From the NCBI GenBank assembly GCA_035622635.1, contig DASPUZ010000163.1, positions 4,813 through 68,812 of the forward strand: DNA of 64,000 bases, in the 5' to 3' direction. How positions within the stretch are numbered: position 1 is the stretch's first letter; every line of letters starts with the position of its first letter. Positions 16,597 to 26,466 of this stretch are shown piece by piece. Under the pieces are notes generated by a model, which saw nothing but the letters and a program-made list of their open reading frames with translations, did not search any database and was not told where the DNA came from. This DNA comes from a bacterium. GTDB taxonomy: Bacteria; Sysuimicrobiota; Sysuimicrobiia; Sysuimicrobiales; Segetimicrobiaceae. The translations under genes and the position numbers were made by a program.

Positions 16597-16599
16597 CGA
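16528..16599. repeat. 72-nt direct repeat, copy B (encodes the TM helix of the 46-aa mini-ORF)
   Basis: 69/72 identical to 16391-16462; the copies are 137 nt apart. Confidence 0.9.
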
Positions 16600-17339
16600 C
16601 GCCCTCCCGAAGATGACTCGTCCCAGCCGTCCGTATCGGGCTGCGAGAACGCCGGCGTCCCCGGCGCGCCCGTCCTGGTATTGGCGCCGGGCGCGTGCCG
16701 CTCCTCCCCGGCCGCCGCGGCGATCACCCAGAGCAGATATGGCTCAGCCGCCCGCAGCGCGCGGGCCCGGTGGCTGATCCTGTTCTTCTCCTCGAACGAC
16801 AACTCCGCCATGGTCCGCCCGTCCTGCGTAGCCACGAACATGGGGTCATACCCGAAGCCGCGCCGGCCGCGAGGCGCTCGCGCCACCTTGCCCTCACAGA
16901 GTCCCTCGAACACCCGAGGGGCTCGGCCGGGTGACGCAACGGCCACCGCCGCCCGGTAGCGAGCGGTCCGCCGGTCGTCTGGCACATCGGCGAGCAGGGC
17001 GAGGATGTGCCGGTTGCGTTCGTCATCCGTCGCCTCGTCCCCGAGGAAACGCCGCGAGTGGGGGCCCGGAGCGCCCGCCAGGGCATCGATCTCGATGCCA
17101 GAATCGTCCGCGATCGCAACGAGTCCGGTCGCCGCGGCCGCGGCGGCCGCCTTGCTGGCCGCGTTCTCCGCATAGGTGATCCCGCGCTCCGGCAGCTCAC
17201 CCACCTCAGGCCGGTCGTTCAGCGTGATGATGTCGAGGTGAAGATGCGCGTAGATTGCACGGATCTCCCGAGCCTTGTTCGCGTTCCTCGTCGCAAGCAG
17301 CACGACGCCGCGCACCCGCCGACGGGCGTCCGCGGTCAC
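16593..17339 (-). CDS. rdgB: dITP/XTP pyrophosphatase (RdgB/HAM1 family) with a ~45-aa C-terminal tail
   Basis: Motifs [29 protein letters not shown], and GFGYDPMF, ending in ...KN.ISHR. The GTG overlaps the rph stop (GTGA). Confidence 0.85.
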   Translation of the reverse strand: MTADARRRVRGVVLLATRNANKAREIRAIYAHLHLDIITLNDRPEVGELPERGITYAENAASKAAAAAAATGLVAIADDSGIEIDALAGAPGPHSRRFLGDEATDDERNRHILALLADVPDDRRTARYRAAVAVASPGRAPRVFEGLCEGKVARAPRGRRGFGYDPMFVATQDGRTMAELSFEEKNRISHRARALRAAEPYLLWVIAAAAGEERHAPGANTRTGAPGTPAFSQPDTDGWDESSSGGRR

Positions 17340-18070
17340 GTCGCGGCCAGAGAGTCCGCCAGGGCATCCCGCTGCCGCGCGATGAGCGTGACGATGCCGC
17401 GCTCGGCCAGGGACATCAGGGCGGCCACCTCCGCCTTCGTGAACGGCCCCCCTTCCCCCGTCCCCTGCACCTCGACGAACTTCCCGGACTCGGTCATGAC
17501 GATGTTCATGTCCACGCGGGCGCGGGAGTCTTCCTCGTACGTGAGGTCGAGCACCGGGACGTTGTCCACGACGCCGACGCTCGTCGCCGCGATGAACTCC
17601 ACGACGGGCAGCTTCGGCACCGCGCCGGTTCGCCTGAGAAGCAGCAACGCGTCCATGAGCGCCACGAACGCTCCCGTAATCGCCGCCGTGCGCGTGCCGC
17701 CGTCCGCCTGCAGGACGTCACAGTCGATCTGGATGGTGCGTTCGCCGAGTTTGGTCAGATCCACCGCGGCGCGCAGCGAGCGGCCGATCAAGCGTTGGAT
17801 CTCCTGAGTGCGGCCCCCGACGCGCCCGACGGCGGAGTCGCGGGCGCTCCGCTCACGGGTGGCACGAGGAAGCATTCCGTATTCGGCCGTGACCCAGCCC
17901 TGCCCGCTCCCGCGGAGAAACGGCGGCACCCTCTCGTCGACGCTGGCCGTGCAGATCAGGCGGGTGTCCCCGAGCTGGACCAGCACCGATCCTTCGGCGT
18001 ACTTGTTGTATTTCCGGGTCAACACCAGAGGCCGCAACTCGTCCGGCCTTCGGCCGTCGTGACGGGTCAT
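17336..18070 (-). CDS. rph: Ribonuclease PH
   Basis: Reads [10 protein letters not shown]...[20 protein letters not shown]...[15 protein letters not shown]...[15 protein letters not shown]...[24 protein letters not shown]. Confidence 0.92.
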   Translation of the reverse strand: MTRHDGRRPDELRPLVLTRKYNKYAEGSVLVQLGDTRLICTASVDERVPPFLRGSGQGWVTAEYGMLPRATRERSARDSAVGRVGGRTQEIQRLIGRSLRAAVDLTKLGERTIQIDCDVLQADGGTRTAAITGAFVALMDALLLLRRTGAVPKLPVVEFIAATSVGVVDNVPVLDLTYEEDSRARVDMNIVMTESGKFVEVQGTGEGGPFTKAEVAALMSLAERGIVTLIARQRDALADSLAAT

Positions 18071-18160
18071 CGTGGACTCCTTGGAGAGAGTCGAACCGTC
18101 GCTACCTTCGCGTCCGCGAGGAGCCGCTCCTCCGGTGCCGGTCCCGCGCCGGTTGCCGGT

Positions 18161-20194
18161 TCAGTGGGCCGTCGGCTGGGATTGCTCGGCCAGGAACTTC
18201 TCGATGCCCCGGGCGATCGCGTCGGCTATGCGCCGCTGGACTGCCGGATCGCAGAGCATCGCTTCCTCCTTGGGGTTGCTGATGAACGCGGTTTCGATCA
18301 GGATCGCCGGCATCTGCGCGTTGACGATCACGTAGAACCGCGCGGTCTGGAGGCCCCGATCAGGCTCGCCGAGCGCGTGGGTCACCTCCGTTTGCACCAG
18401 TTCGGCCAGCGGGCGGCTCTGGGGAGTGTAGTAGTACGTCGTCGTCCCTTGAACGCTGGAATCGCTGCTCGCGTTGGCGTGGATGCTCACGAACAGGACA
18501 CCGCCATAGCGCTGCGCGAGGTCCGGGCGATCCTCGAGCGCGACCGAGGTGTTGGTTGTGCGCGTCATGACCACGCGGATCCCCTGACCTTCGAGCGCGT
18601 CCCTGACCATCGAGCCGATGCCGAGGACGACATCCGCTTCGTGCGTTCCGTGGGGACCGATCGCCCCGGGGTCGTCGCCGCCGTGCCCGGGATCGATGAT
18701 TACCGCGGGTACCACCGGTCCCCGCCGACCCGCGCCGGCGAACGCGACCGTGAGGGTCCGGCCGCCGTCGGCGGCCGCCACGGTGTAGGCCACCTTCTGG
18801 TTGAGACGCACCAGAACTCGGGTCATATTCGGACGGAGGGTGAATTGAGAGACCACGACGTTGCGAATGCCGCCGCTATCGATCTCGATGTCGGCCCGCC
18901 GGTCTCGAAACACTCCGTTCGCGATGTCGATCGCGATGCGGTCCGGGTACGTCCACTGGTGCACCTCGAACGCAACGCGCTGAGACGCTTGGATGAGAAG
19001 ACGCCCGGTAGCGCCGTCGTACGTCACCGACTGGACGTGAAACGCCCCGGGACCGTCGGTGAACTCCGGGAGGGGCGGCAGTGCAACGGGCTCCGGCTCG
19101 CCCGAGGCCTCGGCCGTCGAGACCTGTCCCGAGCCGGAATCGGCGACGCTCGCATCCGATCCTCCCTTGGCGCCGGTCGCAGCGGACGTCGGTTCTGATC
19201 TGGGCGGCGCCGGCGTCGAGCCGGGAGATTCGCGTCCCGGCGGCGCACTCCCCGCGGCGGCACCGGGCGGGCCCGACCCCGCCGCGGACGGGACGGATCC
19301 CGCGGCCTGCGGCCCGTTCCCCGCCGCGTGCGCGCCGGTCGAGGCCCCTGGCGCCTGGCCCGACGGGGTTGACGCTGCGCCGCTCGCCGCCGCCGTGGCT
19401 GCCCCGCCGCCTCCGGCGCCGCTCGCGGGCGGCGTCGAGGCGGACGAGCCTGCCGCCGGAGATCCGGCACCGAGCGCCAGCGTCACCGCCCCGGGGCTCG
19501 CCGTCACGCGAAACGGCAACGGGCGTGCGAGGTCGAAGACGAGCCGCGTCACGTAGGGCCGTACGTGGAACTGCGCGGCCCGCATGTCGATGACCGCCCC
19601 TAACCCGATCGAGGCTTGAGGAGGATTGAGCCGGATCACCGCGCTCTGAAGATCGATGACGAGCCGGTCCGGCGCGTGGAGCACACTCCCGGTCGCCCGC
19701 ACCGGCCCGGTCGAGGACACCGTCACGGCCAGGCCCGCGGCGTCTCCGTGCCAGTCCAGGCCGGTGACCTGCGACACCACGTCGAGCGTCCCGTCGTCGT
19801 GCTGCTCGACGTAGGCGCCGAGCCCCCGCAACACCCGCGCCACAGGGGCGACCACCACGCCGTCCTGCAGGACCGGTGCCACCGGGAGGTCCCATTGGGC
19901 ATCGCCCTGGGTGACGGCCGTCTGGCCGACGACCAGCCGGAGTGTGGTGCCCGAGACGCCACGCAACACGAGCGCGTGCGCCGCCGCGTCCCACTGCGTC
20001 GTGCCGCCAAACGCCTGCACGATCGGGGCGATCGGGGCCACGACGACCCCGTCCCCCGCTTCGGCCGGCGCGGGCAGCGACACCGCGGTATCGTTCACCA
20101 CGATTTGAACCGGTGCGGCTTGAGCGGACGCCGTACGGGAACCCGCACACAACAATGCCGGGAGAAGAGCGAGGGCGGCCCACCACGGCTTCAT
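18161..20194 (-). CDS. N-acetylmuramoyl-L-alanine amidase (Amidase_3) with N-terminal stalk, AMIN-like domains and a Pro/Ala/Gly/Ser linker
   Basis: Signal peptide MKPWWAALALLPALLCAGSRTASAQA. The catalytic end reads VIIDPGHGGDDPGAIG...FVSIHANA...ILIETAFISNPKEE. Confidence 0.85.
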   Translation of the reverse strand: MKPWWAALALLPALLCAGSRTASAQAAPVQIVVNDTAVSLPAPAEAGDGVVVAPIAPIVQAFGGTTQWDAAAHALVLRGVSGTTLRLVVGQTAVTQGDAQWDLPVAPVLQDGVVVAPVARVLRGLGAYVEQHDDGTLDVVSQVTGLDWHGDAAGLAVTVSSTGPVRATGSVLHAPDRLVIDLQSAVIRLNPPQASIGLGAVIDMRAAQFHVRPYVTRLVFDLARPLPFRVTASPGAVTLALGAGSPAAGSSASTPPASGAGGGGAATAAASGAASTPSGQAPGASTGAHAAGNGPQAAGSVPSAAGSGPPGAAAGSAPPGRESPGSTPAPPRSEPTSAATGAKGGSDASVADSGSGQVSTAEASGEPEPVALPPLPEFTDGPGAFHVQSVTYDGATGRLLIQASQRVAFEVHQWTYPDRIAIDIANGVFRDRRADIEIDSGGIRNVVVSQFTLRPNMTRVLVRLNQKVAYTVAAADGGRTLTVAFAGAGRRGPVVPAVIIDPGHGGDDPGAIGPHGTHEADVVLGIGSMVRDALEGQGIRVVMTRTTNTSVALEDRPDLAQRYGGVLFVSIHANASSDSSVQGTTTYYYTPQSRPLAELVQTEVTHALGEPDRGLQTARFYVIVNAQMPAILIETAFISNPKEEAMLCDPAVQRRIADAIARGIEKFLAEQSQPTAH

Positions 20195-20327
20195 GCCATC
20201 CTCCGACGAAAGGTGCGATCTGAGCAGCCTGCCGCGCAGCGCGTATTCGCGCCGGATCGTCTGATTCCTGCGTTCGCCGGGTGATCGCGCGGGTGGGGGA
20301 GCCGGCGGAGCGCCTCCGCCGGGGGGA

Positions 20328-21290
20328 TCAGGACAGCCGCCGCGGATCGAGCGCGTCGCGCAGGCCGTCTCCCACGTAGTTGATGGAGAGCACGGCGAGA
20401 CAGATCATCAACCCGGGGAAGATCGCCATGTGCGGCGCCATATCCAGGTAGTTCTGCGCGTCGTAGAGCAGGCGTCCCCACGTCGGGGTGTCGGGCGGGA
20501 ACCCCAGCCCGAGAAACGACAGCGTCGACTCGGAGATGATCGCCGCCCCGATCGACAGCGTCGCCGACACGATGACGGGGCTCAGCACGTTCGGCAGGAT
20601 GTGGCGGAAGATCTGGGAGATCGTCCCCACGCCGATGCTGCGGGCCGCCTCGATGAACTCCTTCTCCTTGACCGCGAGGAACCCCGCGCGCACGAGCCGC
20701 GCCGTGGGCATCCAGTTCAATCCGCCGATCACGCCGACGATCAGCCAGAAGATGCCGAACTGCGGCCCGAACGTCCGCGCCAGCGTGTCCCGGAACAGGT
20801 AGATGACCAGCAGCAGCAGCGGGAGCGACGGCAGCGAGATGAACACGTCGGTGATCCTCATGAGCACCATGTCGGTGGTCCCCCCGAAGAACCCTGAGAT
20901 CGAGCCCATCAGGGTCCCCGCGGTCACCGACATCAGCATCGCCGTGACGCCGACGGCAATCGAGACGCGCCCGCCGTAGAGTACCCGCGCCAGCATGTCC
21001 TGGCCGAGATCGTTGGTGCCGAGGGGGTGCGCCCCCGACGGCGCCGCCATCGACGCGTGGAAGTCGATCGTGTTGATCCCGACGTGATAGATCACCGGAC
21101 CCACGAGCGTCGACGCCACCAGGAAGAAGAACACGGCGGCACCCGCCATGGCGAGGCGGTGTCGCCGGAACCGGCGCCACGCGTCTCCCCACATCGTCCG
21201 GACCGGGCGCGGCTGGACCGCCACGACCGCCCTCGAGGCGGCCGCCGCCCCGGCGACGGCGGCGACCGGATCGGGCCGCGCGCTAGCCAT
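20328..21290 (-). CDS. ABC transporter permease (DppC/OppC-like)
   Basis: Six hydrophobic segments and the EAA-type loop EFIEAARSIGVGTISQIFRHILPNV. Confidence 0.85.
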   Translation of the reverse strand: MASARPDPVAAVAGAAAASRAVVAVQPRPVRTMWGDAWRRFRRHRLAMAGAAVFFFLVASTLVGPVIYHVGINTIDFHASMAAPSGAHPLGTNDLGQDMLARVLYGGRVSIAVGVTAMLMSVTAGTLMGSISGFFGGTTDMVLMRITDVFISLPSLPLLLLVIYLFRDTLARTFGPQFGIFWLIVGVIGGLNWMPTARLVRAGFLAVKEKEFIEAARSIGVGTISQIFRHILPNVLSPVIVSATLSIGAAIISESTLSFLGLGFPPDTPTWGRLLYDAQNYLDMAPHMAIFPGLMICLAVLSINYVGDGLRDALDPRRLS

Positions 21291-22227
21291 ATCTGATCCT
21301 CGGGTCCAGGAGCCCGTACAGCACGTCGGCCATGATATTGAACAGCACGACCAGGATCGCGTAGACGAACGTGATCGCCATCACCACCGGGGTGTCGCTG
21401 TTCTGAATCGACGAGATCAGGAGCGAGCCGATCCCGGGTACGCGGAAGATCTGCTCCGTGACGATGGCGCCGATGAAGATCGCCGGCACGCCAAGCGCGA
21501 GCAGCGTGACAACCGGGATCAGCCCGTTTCGCAGCACGTGCCGCATGATCACCTTCCGGTGGGCCAGTCCCTTCGCGCGCGCGGTGCGCACGTAGTCCTG
21601 CCCGACGTTGTCGAGCATCGACGAGCGCACAAACCGCATCAGCGCCGCCGAGTTGAACAGCGCGAGCACACCCACCGGCATCACCGCCTGCTTGAGCATC
21701 GCGACCGGGTCCGTCAGCTGCGCGTTATAGATGAACGGCAGCCAGTGCAGCCGCACGCTGAAAATGATGATGAACAGGACCCCGGTGAAGAACGTCGGGA
21801 GAGAGAACCCGATGAACGCGAAGGTCGTCGCGACCTGGTCGAGCAGCGAGTACTGCTTGACCGCGGACAGCACCCCGATCGGAATGGCCAGCGCAACCGC
21901 GACGAGGTACGACGAACCGATCACCCACAGGTCCGTGGGCAGACGCTGCAGGATGAGCCGGTCGGCCGGCACGCGGCTCGCGAACGAGTACCCCCAGTCG
22001 CCGTGCAGGAACGCCGTCGCCCATTTCACGTACCGCACCGGCACCGGCTGATCGAGCCCGAGCTGGTGACGGATGTTCATCCGCACCTCGGGCGGGATGT
22101 CCGGGTTCGCCGCGAACTGGCCCAGGGGATCCCCGGGCGCGAGCGCCAGGATGCCGAAGACCACCATGCTGATCAGGATCAGCGTGGGGATGGACGAGAG
22201 AAGCCGCCGTCCGATGTATCCCGTCAT
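21283..22227 (-). CDS. ABC transporter permease (DppB/OppB-like)
   Basis: Internal Met gives MTGYIGRRLLSSIPTLILISMVVFGILALAPGDP, the typical N-terminus. The EAA loop reads DYVRTARAKGLAHRKVIMRHVLRN. Confidence 0.85.
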   Translation of the reverse strand: MTGYIGRRLLSSIPTLILISMVVFGILALAPGDPLGQFAANPDIPPEVRMNIRHQLGLDQPVPVRYVKWATAFLHGDWGYSFASRVPADRLILQRLPTDLWVIGSSYLVAVALAIPIGVLSAVKQYSLLDQVATTFAFIGFSLPTFFTGVLFIIIFSVRLHWLPFIYNAQLTDPVAMLKQAVMPVGVLALFNSAALMRFVRSSMLDNVGQDYVRTARAKGLAHRKVIMRHVLRNGLIPVVTLLALGVPAIFIGAIVTEQIFRVPGIGSLLISSIQNSDTPVVMAITFVYAILVVLFNIMADVLYGLLDPRIRYG

Positions 22228-22255
22228 CCCGGCGCCGCGCTCCGGTGCGTTGCTC

Positions 22256-24055
22256 CTACCCCTTGCGCGTCCAGTCGCCGATGTTCCAGGTCTCGTCGTC
22301 GAACGGGGACATGTTCGGTCCGACCTCCAGGTTGTTCGCCCGCGACGACACGATCTTCCGGTCGATGAGGGGAATCGACACACCTTGCCCGACGACGCGG
22401 TCGTTCATCTGGATCCACAGTCCGGCGTTCTTCTTCGGGTCGAGCTCGACCTGCGACTGGTCGTACCACGTGTTGTACTGCTTGTCCACCCACCGCGGGA
22501 TGTTGAGCCCGGACCAGTCGTTCTCCTTCTGCGCGAGATCCTTGGCGGGGTCCCCGCTGTAGAACCGGCCCATGTACTGCGCCGGGAACGGTGAGCTATA
22601 CGTCGATTGGAACATCTCGACGTCCGTGTAGAAGTGCGCGTACGTGTCGTCGTTGCCGGGGGAACTGCTGAAGAACACCCCCGCGTCCACCGACTTGAGC
22701 GTGGTGGCGGCGCCGAGCTGCTGCCAGCCCGCCTTGACGATCTCCTGCTCCTTCTGGCGGAGGCTGTTGACACTCGTCTGGTACGTCATCTGCATCTTCA
22801 CGCCACCCTTCTGGCGGATCCCGTCCGGCCCCTTCTGCCACCCGGCCTCGTCCAGCAGCTGGCCGGCCTTGGCGATGTCGAACACGATCTTGGTATTCTT
22901 GGACGCGAGGCTGGTCGGGATCGTGAGGACGTTCGGGGTGGCGTCGCCCTCGAGGCCGTACAACTGCTTCGCCATCGTCTCCGTGTCCACGGCGAGCGCC
23001 AGCGCCTGGCGCACCTTCACGTCCGACAGGAACGGGTGCGGCGCCTTCGCCGAGGACCGCTGGCCGTCGATCGTCTTGTTCGGATCGGTCATATTGCAGT
23101 AGATCTGCTCAACGCCGTTGCTGGGACCGACCGCCAGCTGGCCCTTGCCTTCCCCCATCATGTGCTGCAGGACCGGCCACTCCACCTGGAGATTCCACGC
23201 GTAGTCGTACTCGCCCGTCTCGAACACCGCGCGCGCGGCCGACGTCGCGTCCCCGCCGCCCTTCAGCTGGACCTCGCTGAACGCCGGCTTGTTGGGATCC
23301 CTGTAGTACGGGTTCATCTTGTACACGACGAGGTCCCCCGGCCGGAAGCTGTCCACCATGTACGGCCCCGTGCCGAACGATTTCAGGTTGAAAGGCGCGT
23401 TGCGCGAGTTGCTCCCGATATAGGCGTCGAGTGCGTGGCGGGGGAGGATCATGCCCAGGGTCCCCACGAACGGCAGGTACCAGGCCGGCGTCGGCGCATT
23501 GAACGTGATCTTCACAGTGGAGGGATCGACCGGCTCCACCTTCGCCACGTTCACGTAGCTACCATAGGTGGTCGCCCCCGTCTGCTTGTTCGCGATGAAC
23601 TGGTAGGTGAACACGACGTCGTCCGACGTGAACGGCCGACCGTCCGCCCACCTGACGCCCCGCTTCAGTTTGTAGATGACGGATTTCCCGTCGGCGGCGA
23701 CCTGGCCATTCTCGCGCGACGGCACGTTCGCCGCCAGCACAGGCGTGAACTTGCCCGCCGCATCCACCGACATCAGCGATTCGCAGACGACGTGCGAGGC
23801 GTGGAAGTCCTTCGTGCCCTGGGCGAGATGCGGGTTCAGAATCGTGGGCGCCTGCCAGTACAGCAGCTTCAGCACGCCGCTGGCGCCTCTCCCGGCCGCC
23901 GCGGCCCGTGCGGATTGCGGGACCGCCGCATCAAGCACCGAACTGATGCCCGCTGCCGACACCCCGAGCGCCATGAGCCGGGTGATTACTTGGCGTCGGC
24001 TCAACCGGCCGCTTCGGAGGTCGCGAATCAGCAAACTCGACTCTCTCTCCCCCAT
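22256..24055 (-). CDS. ABC transporter substrate-binding protein, family 5 (peptide/nickel type), Tat signal
   Basis: The start MGERESSLLIRDLRSGRLSRRQVITRLMALGVSAAG has a twin-arginine-like motif. The body is typical of SBP_bac_5 (LLYWQAPTILNPHL..., NPYY.DPNKP). Confidence 0.85.
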   Translation of the reverse strand: MGERESSLLIRDLRSGRLSRRQVITRLMALGVSAAGISSVLDAAVPQSARAAAAGRGASGVLKLLYWQAPTILNPHLAQGTKDFHASHVVCESLMSVDAAGKFTPVLAANVPSRENGQVAADGKSVIYKLKRGVRWADGRPFTSDDVVFTYQFIANKQTGATTYGSYVNVAKVEPVDPSTVKITFNAPTPAWYLPFVGTLGMILPRHALDAYIGSNSRNAPFNLKSFGTGPYMVDSFRPGDLVVYKMNPYYRDPNKPAFSEVQLKGGGDATSAARAVFETGEYDYAWNLQVEWPVLQHMMGEGKGQLAVGPSNGVEQIYCNMTDPNKTIDGQRSSAKAPHPFLSDVKVRQALALAVDTETMAKQLYGLEGDATPNVLTIPTSLASKNTKIVFDIAKAGQLLDEAGWQKGPDGIRQKGGVKMQMTYQTSVNSLRQKEQEIVKAGWQQLGAATTLKSVDAGVFFSSSPGNDDTYAHFYTDVEMFQSTYSSPFPAQYMGRFYSGDPAKDLAQKENDWSGLNIPRWVDKQYNTWYDQSQVELDPKKNAGLWIQMNDRVVGQGVSIPLIDRKIVSSRANNLEVGPNMSPFDDETWNIGDWTRKG

Positions 24056-24324
24056 GCCCGTCACCCCTTTTTCGCGCCGCGTTCGCGCTCGATCGGATGT
24101 CTCTAGGCACATCGTTGCCTAGCATACGCACTAGCTCCGCACGGAGTTCGAGGTGCTGTTAGAGACTCCTGCGTCGCCCCGGCTCCGGGCGGCTCCCGCC
24201 GAGGAGAGGACGCGTGTCACTCGCACCGAATAGCGAGGGGTTGTCGTTCGCCGGAGGGCGTCGCTCGTCGTTGCCGGGCTCGCCCTCGCGGATCGGAGGG
24301 GAGCGCACCCCTGGAGGGACGGGG

Positions 24325-25308
24325 ATGTTGCTCGCTGGTGACATCGGAGGCACCAAGACGGCGCTCGGCATCTTCTCCCGGGAGGCCGGGCCGCGGGCGG
24401 CGGTCCTGGAGACCGCCTTCCCGAGCCATCGTTACCCCAGCCTGGAAGCGATCATCGCAGAGTTCCTCCGGCAAGCGCAGTACTCGATCGACCGCGCGAG
24501 CTTCGGCGTGGCGGGCCCGGTCATCAACGGCGTCGCGAAGATCACGAACCTCCCCTGGACGGTGGACGAGGCTGCGCTGGCCCGCGTGCTCCCCGGCGCC
24601 AGAGTCCGGGTGGTCAATGATCTCCTGGCGATTGCGAGCGCCGTGCCGGTGCTGGACGCGTCCGACCTCCACACGCTGAACCGGGGCACCCCGATCCCGG
24701 AGGGAGCCATCGGGGTCATCGCGCCCGGGACCGGACTCGGCGAAGCGTTCCTGACGTGGGACGGCGGCCGGTATCACGCTCATGCGTCCGAGGGCGGACA
24801 CGCCGACTTCGCGCCCCGCACGGCCGTCCAGCGGAGTCTTGTGGAGGCTCTCGGGCGCGCCGGCGCGCACGTGAGCTACGAGCGTGTGTGCTCGGGCCTC
24901 GGCATCCCCCACATCTACGAGCACCTTCGAGACAGCGGTGTCTTCCCGGAACCGGCCTGGCTGTCGCAGGAGCTCGGCGCGAGTGCCGACCCGACACCCG
25001 TCATCATGCGCGCGGCCGTCGAGCACAGGCCCCCCGCGGACCTCGCCGTCGCCGCCCTCCACGAATTCGTCTCGATCCTGGGAGCCGAAGCGGGGAACCT
25101 TGCGCTCAAGGTGCTCGCCACTGGGGGCGTGTATCTCGGGGGAGGAATCCCCCCGCGCATCATCCCGGCCCTCGAGGACGGGCGATTCATGCGGGCGTTT
25201 ACGGACAAGGGCCGCCTCTCGGAGGTCCTGTCGGCGATTCCCGTTCACGTGATCACGCACCCGGACGTTGCGCTCATCGGGGCCGCCTGCGTCGGGTTTG
25301 CGCTGTAA
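24325..25308 (+). CDS. glk: Glucokinase
   Basis: Reads MLLAGDIGGTKTALGIF..., NLPW.VD, VVNDL.A.A, APGTGLGEAFL, SEGGHADFAP, VCSGLGI..IY, and GGVYLGGGI. Confidence 0.85.
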   Translation: MLLAGDIGGTKTALGIFSREAGPRAAVLETAFPSHRYPSLEAIIAEFLRQAQYSIDRASFGVAGPVINGVAKITNLPWTVDEAALARVLPGARVRVVNDLLAIASAVPVLDASDLHTLNRGTPIPEGAIGVIAPGTGLGEAFLTWDGGRYHAHASEGGHADFAPRTAVQRSLVEALGRAGAHVSYERVCSGLGIPHIYEHLRDSGVFPEPAWLSQELGASADPTPVIMRAAVEHRPPADLAVAALHEFVSILGAEAGNLALKVLATGGVYLGGGIPPRIIPALEDGRFMRAFTDKGRLSEVLSAIPVHVITHPDVALIGAACVGFAL

Positions 25309-25416
25309 CGCTCGCCGGTCGGCGGCAGGGGCCGCCGCTTCCGCTGCCCAATCGCCTTCCCATTCGGTGCTTCGTGTCACACGCCGGTGGGTCCGGCGTG
25401 CACCCTCACAACGGAG

Positions 25417-26382
25417 GTGAGTCCGATCAAGTACCGCCAGCTTGGGCGTTCCGGACTGCGTGTCTCCGCCTACGCGCTCGGCACCAACGCGTTCGGTGTG
25501 CGCGCCGACGAAGCCGCCTCGATTGCGGTGATCCACCACGCGCTCGACCACGGCGTCAACCTGATCGACACGGCCAATATCTACACCGAGACTCGCTCGG
25601 AGACGATCATCGGCAAGGCGCTGAACGGACGGCGCGCGCAGGCGATCGTGGCGACCAAGTGCGGCATGCGCACCGGCGCCGGCCCGAACGACGAGAGCTC
25701 CTCGCGGTGGCACATCATGCGCGAGATCGAGGGGAGCCTGCGGCGCCTGCAGACCGACTACATCGACCTGTATCAGATCCACCGCTTCGACGGGCTCACG
25801 CCAGTCGAGGAAACGCTGCGGGCGTTCGACGACCTCATCCGGAGGGGCAGCGTCCGCTACATCGGGTGCTCGAACTTCGCGGCATGGCAGGTGTGCAAGG
25901 CCCTCTGGATGAGCGACCGATACGGGCTCCCGCGGTACGAGTGCGTGCAGCCGGCGTACTCGCCCGCCGACCGCCGGATCGAGACGGAACTCGTGCCGCT
26001 GTGCCTCGACCAGGGGGTCGGCCTGATCGTGTACTTCCCGCTGGCAGGCGGGATCCTCACCGGCAAGTACAAGCCTGGCGCCCAGCCCCCCCAGGGGTCC
26101 CGCGCCGACAAGCAACCGGCGTTCGCGCGTCGCATCAACGAGCAGAACCTCGTCCTCGTTCGAGACATGGAGCGGCTCGCCGCGGAGACGGGAACCACGG
26201 TGGCCCAGCTCACGCTCGCGTGGGTGATGAACCGGCCGGGAATCACGAGCGCGATCGTCGGCGCCACGCGCGTCGCGCAGCAGGAGGAGAACCTCAAGTC
26301 GGTGGATCTCGAGCTCAGCGCCGAGGTGATGGACCGCATCAACGAGATCTCGCAACCCTTCGTCACCCTCCCCGGGTGGTAG
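25417..26382 (+). CDS. Aldo/keto reductase
   Basis: Reads KYRQLGRSGLRVSAYALGTNAFG, GVNLIDTANIY, DLYQIHRFD, VRYIGCSNF, and GILTGKY. The start may be GTG 25417 or GTG 25387. Confidence 0.85.
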   Translation: MSPIKYRQLGRSGLRVSAYALGTNAFGVRADEAASIAVIHHALDHGVNLIDTANIYTETRSETIIGKALNGRRAQAIVATKCGMRTGAGPNDESSSRWHIMREIEGSLRRLQTDYIDLYQIHRFDGLTPVEETLRAFDDLIRRGSVRYIGCSNFAAWQVCKALWMSDRYGLPRYECVQPAYSPADRRIETELVPLCLDQGVGLIVYFPLAGGILTGKYKPGAQPPQGSRADKQPAFARRINEQNLVLVRDMERLAAETGTTVAQLTLAWVMNRPGITSAIVGATRVAQQEENLKSVDLELSAEVMDRINEISQPFVTLPGW

Positions 26383-26466
26383 CGCGTATGATAGACTCAT
26401 GAGGCTTCTGCCGGTGCGCGGCCCGGGTCCCCGCGCCCGGCCGCCAGGCGATCGAGGAGGCAGGAG

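Noticed and set aside
16391-16599. Two near-identical 72-nt repeats with a spacer, considered as a possible CRISPR-like or REP array.
   Set aside because: There are only two copies, the repeat is not palindromic, and both copies are in-frame coding sequence for a TM helix. It is a tandem gene-fragment duplication. No CRISPR array was seen anywhere in the window.
19060-19480. A highly repetitive GC-rich stretch (GCCGCC/CCGGCG-type) that might be a tandem repeat array.
   Set aside because: It encodes the Pro/Ala/Gly/Ser-rich interdomain linker of the amidase in the correct frame. It is low-complexity coding sequence, not a discrete repeat element.
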